Origin: Monocercomonoides exilis PA203
Taxonomy: Eukaryota; Protista; Preaxostyla
Assembly: GCA_001643675.2 (NCBI GenBank)
Contig: LSRY02000016.1
Span: 558,001 to 622,000 of the forward strand
DNA: 64,000 bases
Direction: 5' to 3'
Under the pieces are notes generated by a model. That model was given only the letters and a program-made list of their open reading frames with translations. It did no database searches and was not told the origin of the DNA. This document shows positions 62,678-64,000 of this stretch, one piece after another (position 1 is the first letter of the stretch; every line of letters begins with the position of its first letter). A program made the translations under genes and the position numbers.

Positions 62678-64000
62678 TTTGATATTCACATTAAATTCGC
62701 ATTTGTTTGGATAGGAGAAAATAGATGAAATATAAAAACTCAAGATAGTCATAAAAATATGAGCGTTCACACTGTCATGCAATATATTTGTATTTTTTGT
62801 TGGTTATTAAAAGATTAAAAAGATTTTGTCAATTTGCTTTATTTGTTATGGATTCAATGATGATAAAGTTATCTTTGAAATTAAATATTTATCCATAGAT
62901 CGAGAATACATGAATGAACATTACCCATAGAACTAGGAATAATATTTCCTGTGATGGCAGCTGGGAATGATGGAGATGCAACATTTTTGGTATTCAACCT
63001 GTTGATTTCTGAAATTGGATGGACAAAGGAAATCCAACAATTTTATTCATAACACAAAAAGACGTAATGAATGTAATTTTATATTGTTTTATATGTTGTG
63101 AAGATATTTCCGTCTGTTTCCTTTCCAAAGTGCAGGAATGTGAGTTATTGTTGAAATGGCCAATCTTTTCTTTGAAGAGTAATACAATGGGAATGGAGCT
63201 GATTATTGTATGGAAATTGAGAAATAAATGAAGTTGCGCAAGATACATGATTTTTATTTGGTGCAAGAGATGAAAACAAATTTAACTGATGTTTTATTAG
63301 ATGAATTGTGAATAGATTTTTTTTATTTGAATAAATACAATTTATTTGAATGAACTGGGTTTTTCTTAAATGAAGTCATGTTATTTTAGATGGTTGAAGT
63401 GACACTTGAATAAAGTGCGATACACTTAAATAAAAAATATATGGAAAAGTTATTAAAACTTATTATTCTTCTTTTGTGTTATATCTTTCACTTTATCAAC
63501 AAAAAAATTGAATCATCCAAAAAAACTAAGATTCTTCTTTGTTCGTTAACAATATTTGAAATATGTTTGAAGAAGCTATTATTAAACAAATACATCTTGA
63601 AATGAAAGAAATAATCATTTTATTCTCATTATCATGTCCTGTTTTTTCTCATTAACAAAAAATGTGATCATCACGTAATTAAAAATCTTTAACAAAAATT
63701 AGCTTCTATTGATGTTAGTGGAGTATTCTACAACAAACAATGCAAATATTTCTGAAGCGCTCAGTCGAGTCGACAGATTGATGCTGTTTTCATCTTTGCA
63801 GCTTTCTCCATTGACTGAATAAATTACAAATTAATTTATCAATTTCTTTTTTCAAAACTGCTCTTCATTTATCTTCTCAGCATTATTCTTCACCATTCCC
63901 CACTTAGCCTCGGGTGACGTCTCATCATTACCACTCAAATGCCTTCGTATCCTTTATCACTGTATCATCAGCAATCTTCTTGATTTTTCTAACTTCTTCT

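Noticed and set aside
1-64000. Alternative genetic code (TAA/TAG = Gln as in some oxymonads)
   Set aside because: Multi-kb ORFs contain no TAA/TAG, and recognisable genes end in TAA (Rab, CFAP20DC, RFT1) or TAG (60185).
63840-64000. Coding-like minus-strand fragment at the window edge
   Set aside because: Short, interrupted by stops and truncated; cannot be assigned.
1-64000. tRNA, rRNA or snRNA genes and autonomous transposase/RT ORFs
   Set aside because: No recognisable signatures by eye; tRNAscan-SE and Infernal would be needed to exclude them.

Overview
Intron-rich, AT-rich eukaryotic genomic DNA in the standard genetic code. The short GT(T/A/G)TG..AG introns, giant Ser-rich proteins, SPRY-like genes and a lineage-specific 'KKF..LFSELE' family gene suggest an oxymonad such as Monocercomonoides (inference). 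About 15 spliced genes are present. They include RFT1, a cold-shock-like + CCCH protein, CFAP20DC/C3orf67, two SPRY-like proteins, a giant LRR/ARM/PH protein, an LCAT/PLA-family lipase with a huge insertion and a divergent Rab1-like GTPase. The main finding is invisible in the ORF track. Three small exons (49384-49418, 49485-49502, 49615-49694) splice in frame onto the 3377-aa ORF and encode a canonical GAL4-type Zn(II)2Cys6 domain, giving a ~3500-aa fungal-style zinc-cluster transcription factor in a non-fungal protist. Three adjacent long inverted-repeat (foldback/MITE-like) elements at 38.5-40.4 kb lie next to a pseudogenised zone (40.8-45.5 kb). All family calls come from motif recognition by eye; no database searches were run.
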